Shown here piece after piece: positions 26,635 through 35,742 of a stretch of DNA of 64,000 nt. The position numbers were made by a program, and so were the translations under genes. Below the pieces are notes generated by a model. That model searched no databases. It saw only the letters and a list, made by a program, of their open reading frames with translations, and was not told the DNA's origin. Location of the stretch: sequence record OX016465. One strand, given 5' to 3'. This DNA comes from Escherichia phage vB_Eco_Tribble. Numbering within the stretch: the stretch's first letter is position 1; each line of letters opens with the position of its first letter.

Positions 26635-26880
26635 TTACTGTTCACGATGTTCTACTTCTCTGTATGTGCGTCGGTAGTTTATGATAAGAGGTGCTAATTC
26701 ATTGCTTTTAACATTTGAACGTAACAGTTGCCAGTCAAAACCTTTAGCAACCCTCCCATATAAATTAAATAACTTTACTTTACGTTTCATTTTTTGGTAT
26801 CCCCAATATTCAGAAGTTAATATTAATACGTTCGCCCTTAAGGACTCCTGTGCGGTCTCTTGCAATCTTACCGTCAACAA
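26635..26880 (-). CDS. Hypothetical small protein
   Basis: ORF in the early minus-strand series; start uncertain. Confidence 0.2.
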   Translation of the reverse strand: MLTVRLQETAQESLRANVLILTSEYWGYQKMKRKVKLFNLYGRVAKGFDWQLLRSNVKSNELAPLIINYRRTYREVEHREQ

Positions 26881-27037
26881 TAAGAATATGTGCAGACCTT
26901 AAAGAATCATGATTAAAACCTTTTACGAACTTACTAGGCATCACTACAATAAGCATCTCCTGAATCAACTCTGGAGTATAACAATTGTTGTGAAGTTGCT
27001 GAATAACGTCTGCAAGTGTCATTTTTGATGTCTCCAA
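26810..27037 (-). CDS. Hypothetical small protein
   Basis: 75 aa ORF in the minus-strand series. Confidence 0.25.
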   Translation of the reverse strand: METSKMTLADVIQQLHNNCYTPELIQEMLIVVMPSKFVKGFNHDSLRSAHILIVDGKIARDRTGVLKGERININF

Positions 27038-27228
27038 TACTCAATATCAATAAGTTCTTGTGCAATGCTTTTTAGATTACCTTTCAAGAAAACCTTCTCA
27101 GAACCTGAAAGAGATGAATTGTCAATTAACCTGTTCATTCTCTCAAACAACTTCTGCTTACGGTTCTTGATAGTTTCCTTTGAAGCACCTTTCATCATCG
27201 CTGCATGGGTTCTTCCACGGTGGCTCAT
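27019..27228 (-). CDS. Hypothetical small basic protein
   Basis: 69 aa ORF immediately downstream of polymerase exon 2. Confidence 0.25.
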   Translation of the reverse strand: MSHRGRTHAAMMKGASKETIKNRKQKLFERMNRLIDNSSLSGSEKVFLKGNLKSIAQELIDIEYWRHQK

Positions 27229-27289
27229 AAGCCCTCCTATATAAGATATAGTATAAGGTACTCTTCCCTGAGCACCTTGTCAATACTAA

Positions 27290-27846
27290 TCAGTGTACCT
27301 CATACCAGCTTTTACCAACCTTACCAGTACCTGTAACAAGTGTTTCTTTCTTAAGACCTAAGTTCTTAGAAGCTTGTCCATAATACCAGTCAGTAACTGC
27401 CTTCACCTCTGCCGTCATACTTTCTGGGCATTCCCAACTTGTCTCGTCGTGATAGGAGCACAATAAACGAGCACCTATAGCTGGTTTACGACCGTTCAAC
27501 TTCATCAAACCTTCGTCAATCATACGACGGCAAGCAAGGTTAATTGCTTCATTCTGAACCTGCGCCTCACTACCCATAAGTGTGTAATTCAATAACTTAT
27601 GTGGAGATTTACACCATAACCACGCTCCAGCGACCTGAATGTACCCACCCTTAGCGATTGCAGCACTCTTGCCGAAAACCTCTTCTAATGCCTTCTTAGT
27701 GGCCTTAAAATCGGCTTCTAAGTTATCAAGTAGTTTCTTAATCTTTGGTAGACGCATATAGTAGGTCTGCTTAGTCAATGCACCTTCCTCTGTAGAAGCT
27801 GCCTTAATGGTTTTGGCAAACTTCTCATCACCTGCACCGAACAATA
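27290..27846 (-). CDS. DNA polymerase (family A), exon 2
   Basis: Begins with LFGAGDEK, completing T7-type motif B (T7: …IYGFLYGAGDEK…); contains HDE motif C (SYHDET). 5' boundary is a model. Confidence 0.65.
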
Positions 27847-28651
27847 CATCTGGTCAATACACTCGCAAGGTGTACCAGTTCTCTTATGAACTTCTCCGCA
27901 TTTCTACGGAGTGTCGGACTATATCACGTAGTAGTAATACTACCGTTGCACTTGGGAATGGTCATTAGCTTACCACCCTACTCTACTCAGTTCATACATT
28001 AAGTATGCTTTTCGATAGTCTCTGAACGTTTCTCTGTTAGGAACTCTAAAATACTATTATTTACTAAGGTATGCAATTGCTCTCTTCATGTTCTCTATAC
28101 TATCTGAGAACAGCCCAAGACCTCTGTTACAGTTGTGACACAGCATACCTCTTACCTGTCCTGTTTTGTGGTCATGGTCAACAACCAGCTTGGCTTTATG
28201 TCTTGAACCATCCATGATAAAACCTTCACCACCGCAGATTTGACACTTGTGACCACACTTACTTAGTAACTCTTCGACCTCTTCTCTTTCTAAGCCGTAA
28301 GTCCTTAAGTAATAGTTCTTTACCCTTCCCTTTTCTCCACAAGCAGAACTGCAATACGTCTGTCTTGCTGTTCTAGGTGTAAACTGGTTATTGCAACTTG
28401 GACATATTTTCTCTATGACACGACTTGCTGCTCTTCTGTCTACTTCAAGAACGCAGTTTCTACAACGTTTTTGATTGTACTGATATGGCTTAAACTCTTC
28501 GCCACATCTGGAACAAACTCTTTCTTTATAACCTGCCATTGTCTCTCTCCCATTTCTACTATAGGAGTCCTAACAGAGACTTCGCTGCTGATTACCATAT
28601 CTTTTAAGACTTAGGCTTCCAGCAATTCACAACGTTTTACATGCGCCACTG
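27847..28651 (-). mobile_element. Group I intron in the DNA polymerase gene, carrying an HNH endonuclease ORF
   Basis: Interrupts pol at motif B; R-like GTTCAGAGACTATC (plus 28014-28027) and S-like GATATAGTCC (plus 27914-27923); modelled exon 1 ends in U and intron ends in G. Confidence 0.6.
28057..28539 (-). CDS. HNH homing endonuclease (endonuclease VII-like), intron-encoded
   Basis: HNH core LVVDHDHKTGQVRGMLCHNCNRGLG; several CxxC zinc-finger pairs; lies between the two polymerase segments. Confidence 0.8.
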   Translation of the reverse strand: MAGYKERVCSRCGEEFKPYQYNQKRCRNCVLEVDRRAASRVIEKICPSCNNQFTPRTARQTYCSSACGEKGRVKNYYLRTYGLEREEVEELLSKCGHKCQICGGEGFIMDGSRHKAKLVVDHDHKTGQVRGMLCHNCNRGLGLFSDSIENMKRAIAYLSK

Positions 28652-30824
28652 ACGCATAGATACCATTCTTAGCCTTCTTACGGCCTTTAGTTATCTCGTG
28701 AAGGAGTTCCTCATCCTGTGTCTCTCTACAACGGATAATATCTTCTTCTTTGTTCAATGCAAAATAGATACTGTTAAGTGTATGCGCATCAGTACCTGTG
28801 TAGACTTCATACAAATCATTATCAGCATCGTAACGACAATATTTATCAGCCTCTGGATTTAGGTACTTATCAAGATGCTTGCAGTAGTATCGTCCATCAT
28901 CCTGTTTAGTGAACTCTACAAACTCTTTACCTTCAGTTACCGCTTTGGTGAAGTCTTTATCACCCATAAAGTTACACAGTAAAACAAGCTGTGCAGAGTT
29001 CTGGTCAACTGAAACGATATTAGTCCCTTCCTCACAAATCCACACCTCCCTCATAGGTGCTCCATAGACAGCAGCACCAGACGGTACGTTTACAATACCA
29101 TATTGTGTCATACGTCCAGTTGAAGTACCAAACACCATTGCACCAGCACTAAGGCGACCATCTGGACGAATCTGGTTCAACCAACCTTTTTCATCATCCT
29201 TTGAGTTCTCAATAGTTCTGCGTCGGTGCATCAAAGTATAGTACTTAGCAATCTTCTGTCCAAGTTCACCTTCAATCGTATCATAAGATGATTCAGTAAG
29301 TTTTGGTGAAGTACGGATTAAGCAAGGCTCAAGCAAATCTGTGTACTTCTTCACAGACCAGTTATGCTCAATGTACTGTACACCTTCATGTTCAACATAA
29401 CTCAAACCACACCGCTCAACCATTTCCTGCCACTTAGGATGTTTTGTAATCATCTTTTTATTGTCTTTGAAACGACAAACTTTGACAGGGCGACCATCAG
29501 AGTCTTTCTTGTAGTTCCAGTCATCTGGAATCCAACCAACTGATTTCAAGTAGTCTTTAACAACTGCTACCTGAGTCATACGAGAAACTTCAAACTCAAT
29601 TGGTGTATATGGTGCATCAATCAAACCTGTGTAGCGACTTGACTCAAGTTCAAAGTGGTTAACAACGTGGCTGTTATAATACTTCACAGTTTTAACTGTT
29701 TTTACTGGCTTCCAGTCTTTGCATTTCTTACCAATCTTTGCGTTCAACTCATTGCAAATTGCACGAGCATCCTTCATTGCTACAAAGCCTTCCTTGTACT
29801 CTTCACCAGTTACAGTGTTGGTTGGTGTATAGCAATTCCTTTTTTCAATGTTAAAAATCTTTGTAGTTGGCTTACCAAATGGTTTGATTTCGTATGTCTG
29901 CATCTCGCCATTACGTACCTGCTGACGATACTTTGTCTTAGGGTACTTGGTAATTCTTTTCAGTCCATCTGCATGACCAAATGTTTCAACATACTCATTC
30001 CAAGCTTTTGCAAACTCTTCTCCAGTAACTTTACCTTTAGTCTTAATAGTTGGAGGAAGATGTGGTTCAACTTCTGAAGCAAGCTCATTAGTCAACTTGT
30101 CAAGTTCCTTTACATGGAACTCCATAAGCTCTTTATCAGCTTTCCAACCATTGATAGCTTGTTGACTCATCCAGAAAGATGTTTCTTTAGCTCGCATGTA
30201 AGTTTCATAAGTGTCTATACCACACTTCTTAAGCTTGAGATACTCGTTATCAAGTGCCCGTTTAGTTTTGGCGTTAATACGGATATCTTCTACAACACGA
30301 GTGAAGATTTCTGCATTCCACACACCCCAATGTTCAATCTCTGGTTTACGGACACCAACACGAGCACCCCATGCAGCCAAACCATGAGCACCTTTATAAC
30401 CCTTTGGAGTTGGCCTATCCATCCACTGAACACGAGACTGGATAAGAGAATCCTGAAAGAAATTACTCCACGGCTTACATTTTGGATTATCAAAATTCCA
30501 TAAATCAGGTGCAATGTGATTGAAAACCCACCAGTCATATCCGAGACCATTATGGATGCAAAGACGTTTTGCCTTTAACGCAAACTCAATACCTTCTCGT
30601 AAGCCACCCTTAATGTACTTAGTGTACTTGTGACCGAGGATAGGCTCATCTGTAAAGACCCATACAGGTGGCTCTTCATCGTCAGATTTATAGTCTGCAA
30701 AGGCCATTACGTGAACTTTAGTGAACTCAAGGAGTAAACCATCAGTTTCTGTATCACCAACCAAATGTAAGTTTTTAAAATCTACGTTTTCCATTTTTAC
30801 TCCCTCTAAAACCATTAACCTCAT
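28652..30824 (-). CDS. DNA polymerase (family A), exon 1 with 3'-5' exonuclease domain
   Basis: Exo I motif LVGDTETDGL; polymerase motif A region (VSVDQNSAQLVLL); ends inside motif B (…RKKAKNGIY). The annotated ORF runs 14 codons into the intron before a stop at 28611. Confidence 0.75.
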
Positions 30825-31051
30825 ACATTACTGCAAAAAATTATAAAAAGCAAGTTGACAATGCACTTGACAAGGTGTTAATCTTTGCGAAGTGGGTTTT
30901 TACTTAAAAGGTTACTTAACAGTTTAACTATACAGATACTTTAAAACTCTTAAAAGATTATTTAATAGCTTTTAAAAAGCTTTAAAGTATAACGTATAGA
31001 ATACGTTAAGATAAAAGATTAAAACTTAATAGTTACTTAAAAGAGGCTTAC
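30825..31051. promoter_or_regulatory. Divergent intergenic control region between minus-strand and plus-strand modules
   Basis: 227 bp AT-rich; tandem TTGACA hexamers (30855-30860, 30867-30872); inverted repeat AACGTAT-AGA-ATACGTT (30991-31007); AAAGCTTT palindromes. Confidence 0.4.
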
Positions 31052-31474
31052 ATGCAGAAAATGTTTGTTCACCCAGACATAGCTGACTTTGTTAGAGCTT
31101 TGCAGAAGTTGGAAGAACTTGACATTGCTGCTCAACGGGAATATGCTCACCATCACAGGAGAATGGTTGATATACAACATGAAATAGAGTTGTCTGAAAA
31201 CTATGAAGATGACTTGAAATGCTCTGTATTTGAGCATATGAAAGATGTTGCTACAGCTAGACGTAAAGCTAAAGACACAGTTGCTTTACTAGATTCTCTT
31301 AAAAAGAGGTTGCAAAGTGGTACAGACCTGTGTAATCTAGCGTCACTGATTAACGATGTTGAAACTTCTTGGGATAGGCACTATTATCCACGTTCTGAAA
31401 AGACACTTGACTTTTCTTCATCCGAAAACTTAAAATGTTCTAGAAAGAAACTTAACCAACTGAGAGAGAAATAA
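31052..31474 (+). CDS. Hypothetical protein
   Basis: 140 aa ORF, first gene of the plus-strand module. Confidence 0.35.
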   Translation: MQKMFVHPDIADFVRALQKLEELDIAAQREYAHHHRRMVDIQHEIELSENYEDDLKCSVFEHMKDVATARRKAKDTVALLDSLKKRLQSGTDLCNLASLINDVETSWDRHYYPRSEKTLDFSSSENLKCSRKKLNQLREK

Positions 31475-31475
31475 T

Positions 31476-32276
31476 ATGAATATCGATGTAGAAAAGATGC
31501 TTGAAGAAAAAGGTATTGACGAAGCATTTTTAATCAATGCCGTAGAAAGCATGGCTATGATTCTTCGTGGGAACAACTACACAGAACAGTTTATGCCTGC
31601 AAGCTATAATCTGCCTAAAGACAAGTCTGATAACGGTGCTTTTGCAGAACAGGTCAACATGATGCTGACAGACACTACACTTGCTTTGGCATCTATAGTC
31701 GTAGGTGTTGATGCTCTTGCAGAGTTCATTTTTAAGGAGATGCAGAAAAATGATTATATCTCCCTTAACTCTGAAGAAAAGGACTTGTTACTGTCATTAG
31801 GTAATAATGAGTTAATTTCCATGATAATTTCATCAACAAGTGCTGTTATGGCTGCTCTTGAGAAGCGAATGGAAGAGAAGCTGTCACGATATGAAAAACT
31901 TGATTGGGGGGTAGAAGAACTAAACCCACGAATCCAAGAAATTATCCAGCAAACTAAAGATTCTTTGGAAGAAGCTGTTGAGAATGACTCTGTAGCTGAC
32001 ATCGAACCACTTCAGGTGAAAGTTGCACTGATGATTCCAGCTATCTCTACGATGATGAATATCGTTGCGCTAGTCCAACTGTCACAGATGATGAGTGTGA
32101 GTATTGAGTTCATTGAGGAGATGACTGGTGGTGTCAGTATGCAAGCAATCAATGATGTTTTGGTGAACATTGGTGCTTCCATCATTGAAGAGAAACTACG
32201 CATTAACTTCGGTGATGATTTTGTGAAGCAACTCTCAGCTATGGCTGAAAAAGAGTCTGCTGAGCAACTGCACTAA
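31476..32276 (+). CDS. Hypothetical protein
   Basis: 266 aa ORF followed by a terminator hairpin. Confidence 0.35.
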   Translation: MNIDVEKMLEEKGIDEAFLINAVESMAMILRGNNYTEQFMPASYNLPKDKSDNGAFAEQVNMMLTDTTLALASIVVGVDALAEFIFKEMQKNDYISLNSEEKDLLLSLGNNELISMIISSTSAVMAALEKRMEEKLSRYEKLDWGVEELNPRIQEIIQQTKDSLEEAVENDSVADIEPLQVKVALMIPAISTMMNIVALVQLSQMMSVSIEFIEEMTGGVSMQAINDVLVNIGASIIEEKLRINFGDDFVKQLSAMAEKESAEQLH

Positions 32277-32293
32277 GTCTTTATAAATTTTAC

Positions 32294-32320
32294 AAGCCTC
32301 CTTAGTTGGGGGCTTTTTAG
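32294..32320 (+). terminator. Intrinsic terminator
   Basis: AAGCCTCC-TTAGTT-GGGGGCTT followed by TTTTAG. Confidence 0.45.
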
Positions 32321-32337
32321 TAATTAAGGAAGTTAAA

Positions 32338-33081
32338 ATGAGTAATATTATTGCATTTACTGGAAAGGCACGTTCTGGAAAAGACACCTCGTGTTCTATT
32401 GTGAAGAATATCTTAGAGGATGAGTACGGCTACAATGTTGCAGTAATGGCCTATGCGGACAACCTTAAGCTATCTGCATCAAGGATATTTGACCTGACTT
32501 GGAATGACCTGTATGGTGAAACTAAAGAGACTCCGCAGGTTTTTGACTTATCATATCCTGAACTGTTGTTCAAAGTTACAGAAGCTATGGAGTTTACCTT
32601 CAAAGGTGAACGTTACCATATGGATTTTAAGCTTATGTCAGAACTAACCGGACGATTAATCATGGAGCTTAAGAAGGTTGCTAAACCGACTCTATTGACA
32701 CGCCTGGGATTTAGCAACAAGTATAAATTCTCATCAAGACAAATTCAACAGATTTGGGGCACTGAAGTTATCCGTAAAGTTATGGGTGACAAGTTCTGGG
32801 CTAAAGACCTCGAAAAACGAATGGTAAACTTCTTTGATATTTGTTCACTTAGAAATCAAGAGGGTGTTGTTTTAATCAGTGATTTAAGATTTGACTCTGA
32901 AGCTGAATGGCTGAGTAGATTTGCACACCAAACTATTGAAGTAAAAAGAAACAATATGGATAAAGTTTCATCACATGTTTCAGAAAATGGGATTTCTACC
33001 AAATATGCGCGTGACATTATTCATAATAATGGTACTCTTGAAGACCTTGAGAGCAAACTAAGAGCCATCCTGAAGATTTAA
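32338..33081 (+). CDS. Deoxynucleoside monophosphate kinase (T4 gp1-like)
   Basis: P-loop FTGKARSGKDT matches T4 gp1 SGVKRSGKDT; C-terminus NNGTLEDLESKLRAILKI resembles the T4 gp1 C-terminus as recalled. Confidence 0.7.
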   Translation: MSNIIAFTGKARSGKDTSCSIVKNILEDEYGYNVAVMAYADNLKLSASRIFDLTWNDLYGETKETPQVFDLSYPELLFKVTEAMEFTFKGERYHMDFKLMSELTGRLIMELKKVAKPTLLTRLGFSNKYKFSSRQIQQIWGTEVIRKVMGDKFWAKDLEKRMVNFFDICSLRNQEGVVLISDLRFDSEAEWLSRFAHQTIEVKRNNMDKVSSHVSENGISTKYARDIIHNNGTLEDLESKLRAILKI

Positions 33082-33089
33082 AAGAGAGA

Positions 33090-33290
33090 ATGAAGATGAG
33101 AGTAAAAGACAATTTTAAAGTTATTGACCACCGTTTAGTGGAACTCTCATCTCTTTCCAATGAGGTAATGATTGAACGTCTTAAGAGAGTTGAATCACGA
33201 AGGAAAGAGATTGCAGATGAAATTCATGAACTGGACAAGATTGAAAATGGATTAAAAGCAGAACTACAACGAAGAGGTGCTAATGTCTAA
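33090..33290 (+). CDS. Hypothetical small coiled-coil protein
   Basis: 66 aa charged helical ORF upstream of the primase-helicase gene. Confidence 0.3.
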   Translation: MKMRVKDNFKVIDHRLVELSSLSNEVMIERLKRVESRRKEIADEIHELDKIENGLKAELQRRGANV

Positions 33291-35268
33291 AGGTCGTAAA
33301 TTGAAAGAGGCTGGTCAGTTTATTGGTCATTGTGCATGTCCACGTTGTGGTTCATCAGATGCTGGTTCAATCTATCATCATGACGATGATTCTTATTCGA
33401 TGACTTGCTTTAGTTGTAACAAAGGTTTCCCAGAGTGGGACTTTGATAAAGGACAAATCGTGAGCACTTATTCTACTGGTTCAGACAATAAAAACCGTAC
33501 TTTCCGTGGAATGGATTTAGACGATGTAAAAGAAAACCTTGAAGCAATGGACTTAAAAGACAGGAAGATTCCTGCAAAAGTTCTTGAGCGTTTAGGTATC
33601 AAGGTAGACATTGACAGTGATGGTGAAATTGACGCACATTTCTACCCAACTTACAAACGCAATGAAGATGGTAAGTTAGAACATGTTGGCTACCGTGTTC
33701 GTCACCGTTATCCAGAAGACCATCCAAAAGAGCACCTACGTGGTAAGTTAAAAGACTTCTCAGGTGGTGTTGGAGACATTAAAGGTGAACTGGCAATGTT
33801 CGGTTCATGGATTGCTCCAGAAGGTGGTAACCGTCTATTCATCTGGGAAGGTGAGATGGAATGTGCGACAGCAATCTATATGACTTCTCTTGCGATTAAG
33901 GACAAATCTCGTCGTAAGAATTACTGTCACGTATCTGTTCCATCGGGTGCAAACATTAAGTCTATCAAAGACAACTATCAGTACATCACATCATTTGATG
34001 AGATTTACTTGTGCTTTGATAACGATGAAGCAGGTGCTAAAGCTACCAAAGAAGCTGCTGGTATCCTACCTATTGAGAAGGTTCGTTTATTCCAGTATCC
34101 AGAAGGTGTAAAAGACCTTAATGAATGGTGGACAAAGTTCTATAAAGAGAAAGATACAGTTCTGGAAGGATTTAAGCAGCGTATCTACAATGCACCTCGT
34201 TACTGTCCTGCTGGTATCAAGAACTTCGCAGATGGTTTTGAGGCAATGAAGAATCGTGGTCAGATTCCATTGATTCCTTTCCCAGAATCTTTCGGAGATT
34301 TGAACAGGCTGACTTATGGCGGTTACGGTTTAGGTGAGATTACAACGCTGGCAGCACCATCTTCAGTGGGTAAATCAGCATACACTCGTGAAATGATTTA
34401 TACTGCTTGGAAAGATACCGATTACAATATTGGTGTAATTCCTGTAGAGGATACCTATGAAGAGCTGATGGAGATGCTCTGCGCAATCCACCTGAGCAAG
34501 CAGATTTCTGAGATTCCTTATGACGAACGTGATTGGGATGAATTGAAGGAAGCACACGCAGAACTATCTAAAGGTCGTCGTATCCACATCGTTGACCATC
34601 AAGGGGCAATTGACCAAGATAACTTGCTGGAGTTTGTTGACTATCTTGTTAATAGTTTAGACTGTAAGATTATTATTCTTGACCCTATTACGTTGGCTCT
34701 GTCACGTTCAGATACGGATGAAGAGGAAGTTTTGTCTGAGCTATTGCGTCGTTGCAAACGCTACCAGTATGCACAGGTGAACGTCTGTCACGTTCGTAAG
34801 AGTGCAGGTGGTCAGAAGGCTAACTCTGAAGGTGGGGATATCTCTGAAGAGGATATTAAAGGTTCTGGTGCGTATTTCCAGATTTCTATGAACAACATCC
34901 TGTTGATGCGTAACAAGGTTGACCCAGACCCTGTTAAGAAAAACTTGACAAAAATCAAGTTAACTAAATGCCGTCGGCATGGTAAGTCAACTGGTATTGC
35001 TGGTCATACTTGGTACAATCCAGATACAGGACGCCTCATCAAAGCATCTGGTTGTGGGGTTGACATTGATGGTGCAGCAGAAAATATTCGCCAACAGTTT
35101 GGTATTGGTGAAGCTGAAGACCATTACGATGACTCTTTACCGCATTATGAGGATGAAGTGTTTGACCGTGAGACTGGTGAAGTCTATACTGAAGAGCAGC
35201 GTCAAAGCTCAACGATTCCACCTGTATTAAGTGAGGATGCAGATGACTGCCCATTCGAAACTGAGTGA
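33277..35268 (+). CDS. DNA primase-helicase (T7 gp4-like)
   Basis: N-terminal zinc ribbon (CPRCGSSD…CFSCN), TOPRIM-like region (…YLCFDNDEAG…), DnaB-type helicase Walker A (AAPSSVGKSAYT). Confidence 0.8.
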   Translation: MLMSKGRKLKEAGQFIGHCACPRCGSSDAGSIYHHDDDSYSMTCFSCNKGFPEWDFDKGQIVSTYSTGSDNKNRTFRGMDLDDVKENLEAMDLKDRKIPAKVLERLGIKVDIDSDGEIDAHFYPTYKRNEDGKLEHVGYRVRHRYPEDHPKEHLRGKLKDFSGGVGDIKGELAMFGSWIAPEGGNRLFIWEGEMECATAIYMTSLAIKDKSRRKNYCHVSVPSGANIKSIKDNYQYITSFDEIYLCFDNDEAGAKATKEAAGILPIEKVRLFQYPEGVKDLNEWWTKFYKEKDTVLEGFKQRIYNAPRYCPAGIKNFADGFEAMKNRGQIPLIPFPESFGDLNRLTYGGYGLGEITTLAAPSSVGKSAYTREMIYTAWKDTDYNIGVIPVEDTYEELMEMLCAIHLSKQISEIPYDERDWDELKEAHAELSKGRRIHIVDHQGAIDQDNLLEFVDYLVNSLDCKIIILDPITLALSRSDTDEEEVLSELLRRCKRYQYAQVNVCHVRKSAGGQKANSEGGDISEEDIKGSGAYFQISMNNILLMRNKVDPDPVKKNLTKIKLTKCRRHGKSTGIAGHTWYNPDTGRLIKASGCGVDIDGAAENIRQQFGIGEAEDHYDDSLPHYEDEVFDRETGEVYTEEQRQSSTIPPVLSEDADDCPFETE

Positions 35269-35524
35269 TAGTTATAAAAGAGAGGGTTTCACACCCTTCT
35301 TTGAAGAAAAAAGTTTAAATAAATTTCAGGAAGAGTGTTTGACAAAGATTGATAGGTTCTATAGAATGCTCTACATGAAATGTGATGGTGGTGTTGAGGT
35401 AGAAGAAAAGTTCCATCACAATATTATCACAGTCACTATTACTATACCTGAACATAATATTGGTTGGCTGTTTATAATGAAAGAAAATGTGTTTGAATAT
35501 CAAGTATATCGGAGAATATCATGA
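35231..35524 (+). CDS. Hypothetical protein
   Basis: 97 aa ORF overlapping the primase-helicase 3' end; start uncertain. Confidence 0.2.
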   Translation: MRMQMTAHSKLSDSYKREGFTPFFEEKSLNKFQEECLTKIDRFYRMLYMKCDGGVEVEEKFHHNIITVTITIPEHNIGWLFIMKENVFEYQVYRRIS

Positions 35525-35670
35525 AACACTCTAAAGCATTTGAAAAAGTTTTTGGGGATTCCTTAAAAGCCACTGCTGGAAAACCAGCAAAATACTATGA
35601 AGAAAAACGTGTAAGAACTGGAAAAACTGCACGTAAAGCAGCTTCTAAAGATAAGCACAACTTCCAGTAA
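35521..35670 (+). CDS. Small basic protein (49 aa), not in the ORF track
   Basis: ATG at 35521 overlapping the upstream stop (ATGA), GGAGA Shine-Dalgarno; translation MKHSKAFEKVFGDSLKATAGKPAKYYEEKRVRTGKTARKAASKDKHNFQ. Confidence 0.35.
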   Translation: MKHSKAFEKVFGDSLKATAGKPAKYYEEKRVRTGKTARKAASKDKHNFQ

Positions 35671-35677
35671 TTAGTAT

Positions 35678-35706
35678 TTGACAATAGAGTATCAACAAAT
35701 TAGAAT
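35678..35706 (+). promoter_or_regulatory. Candidate sigma70-type promoter (TTGACA-N17-TAGAAT) upstream of the SSB-like gene
   Basis: Perfect -35 TTGACA at 35678-35683, 17-nt spacer, TAGAAT at 35701-35706; start codon at 35743. Confidence 0.55.
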
Positions 35707-35742
35707 TGGTACTCTTCATAAATTGAGATAGAGGTTTAAATA

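Noticed and set aside
27847-28651. Intein rather than intron in the DNA polymerase
   Set aside because: The HNH ORF has its own start codon and is not in frame with both polymerase segments; group I core-like R/S elements are present and the upstream frame hits a stop 14 codons past the junction.
29655-30503. Plus-strand ORFs (140 aa and 129 aa) inside DNA polymerase exon 1
   Set aside because: Antisense to a polymerase ORF with clear exonuclease and polymerase motifs; hydrophobic low-complexity translations.
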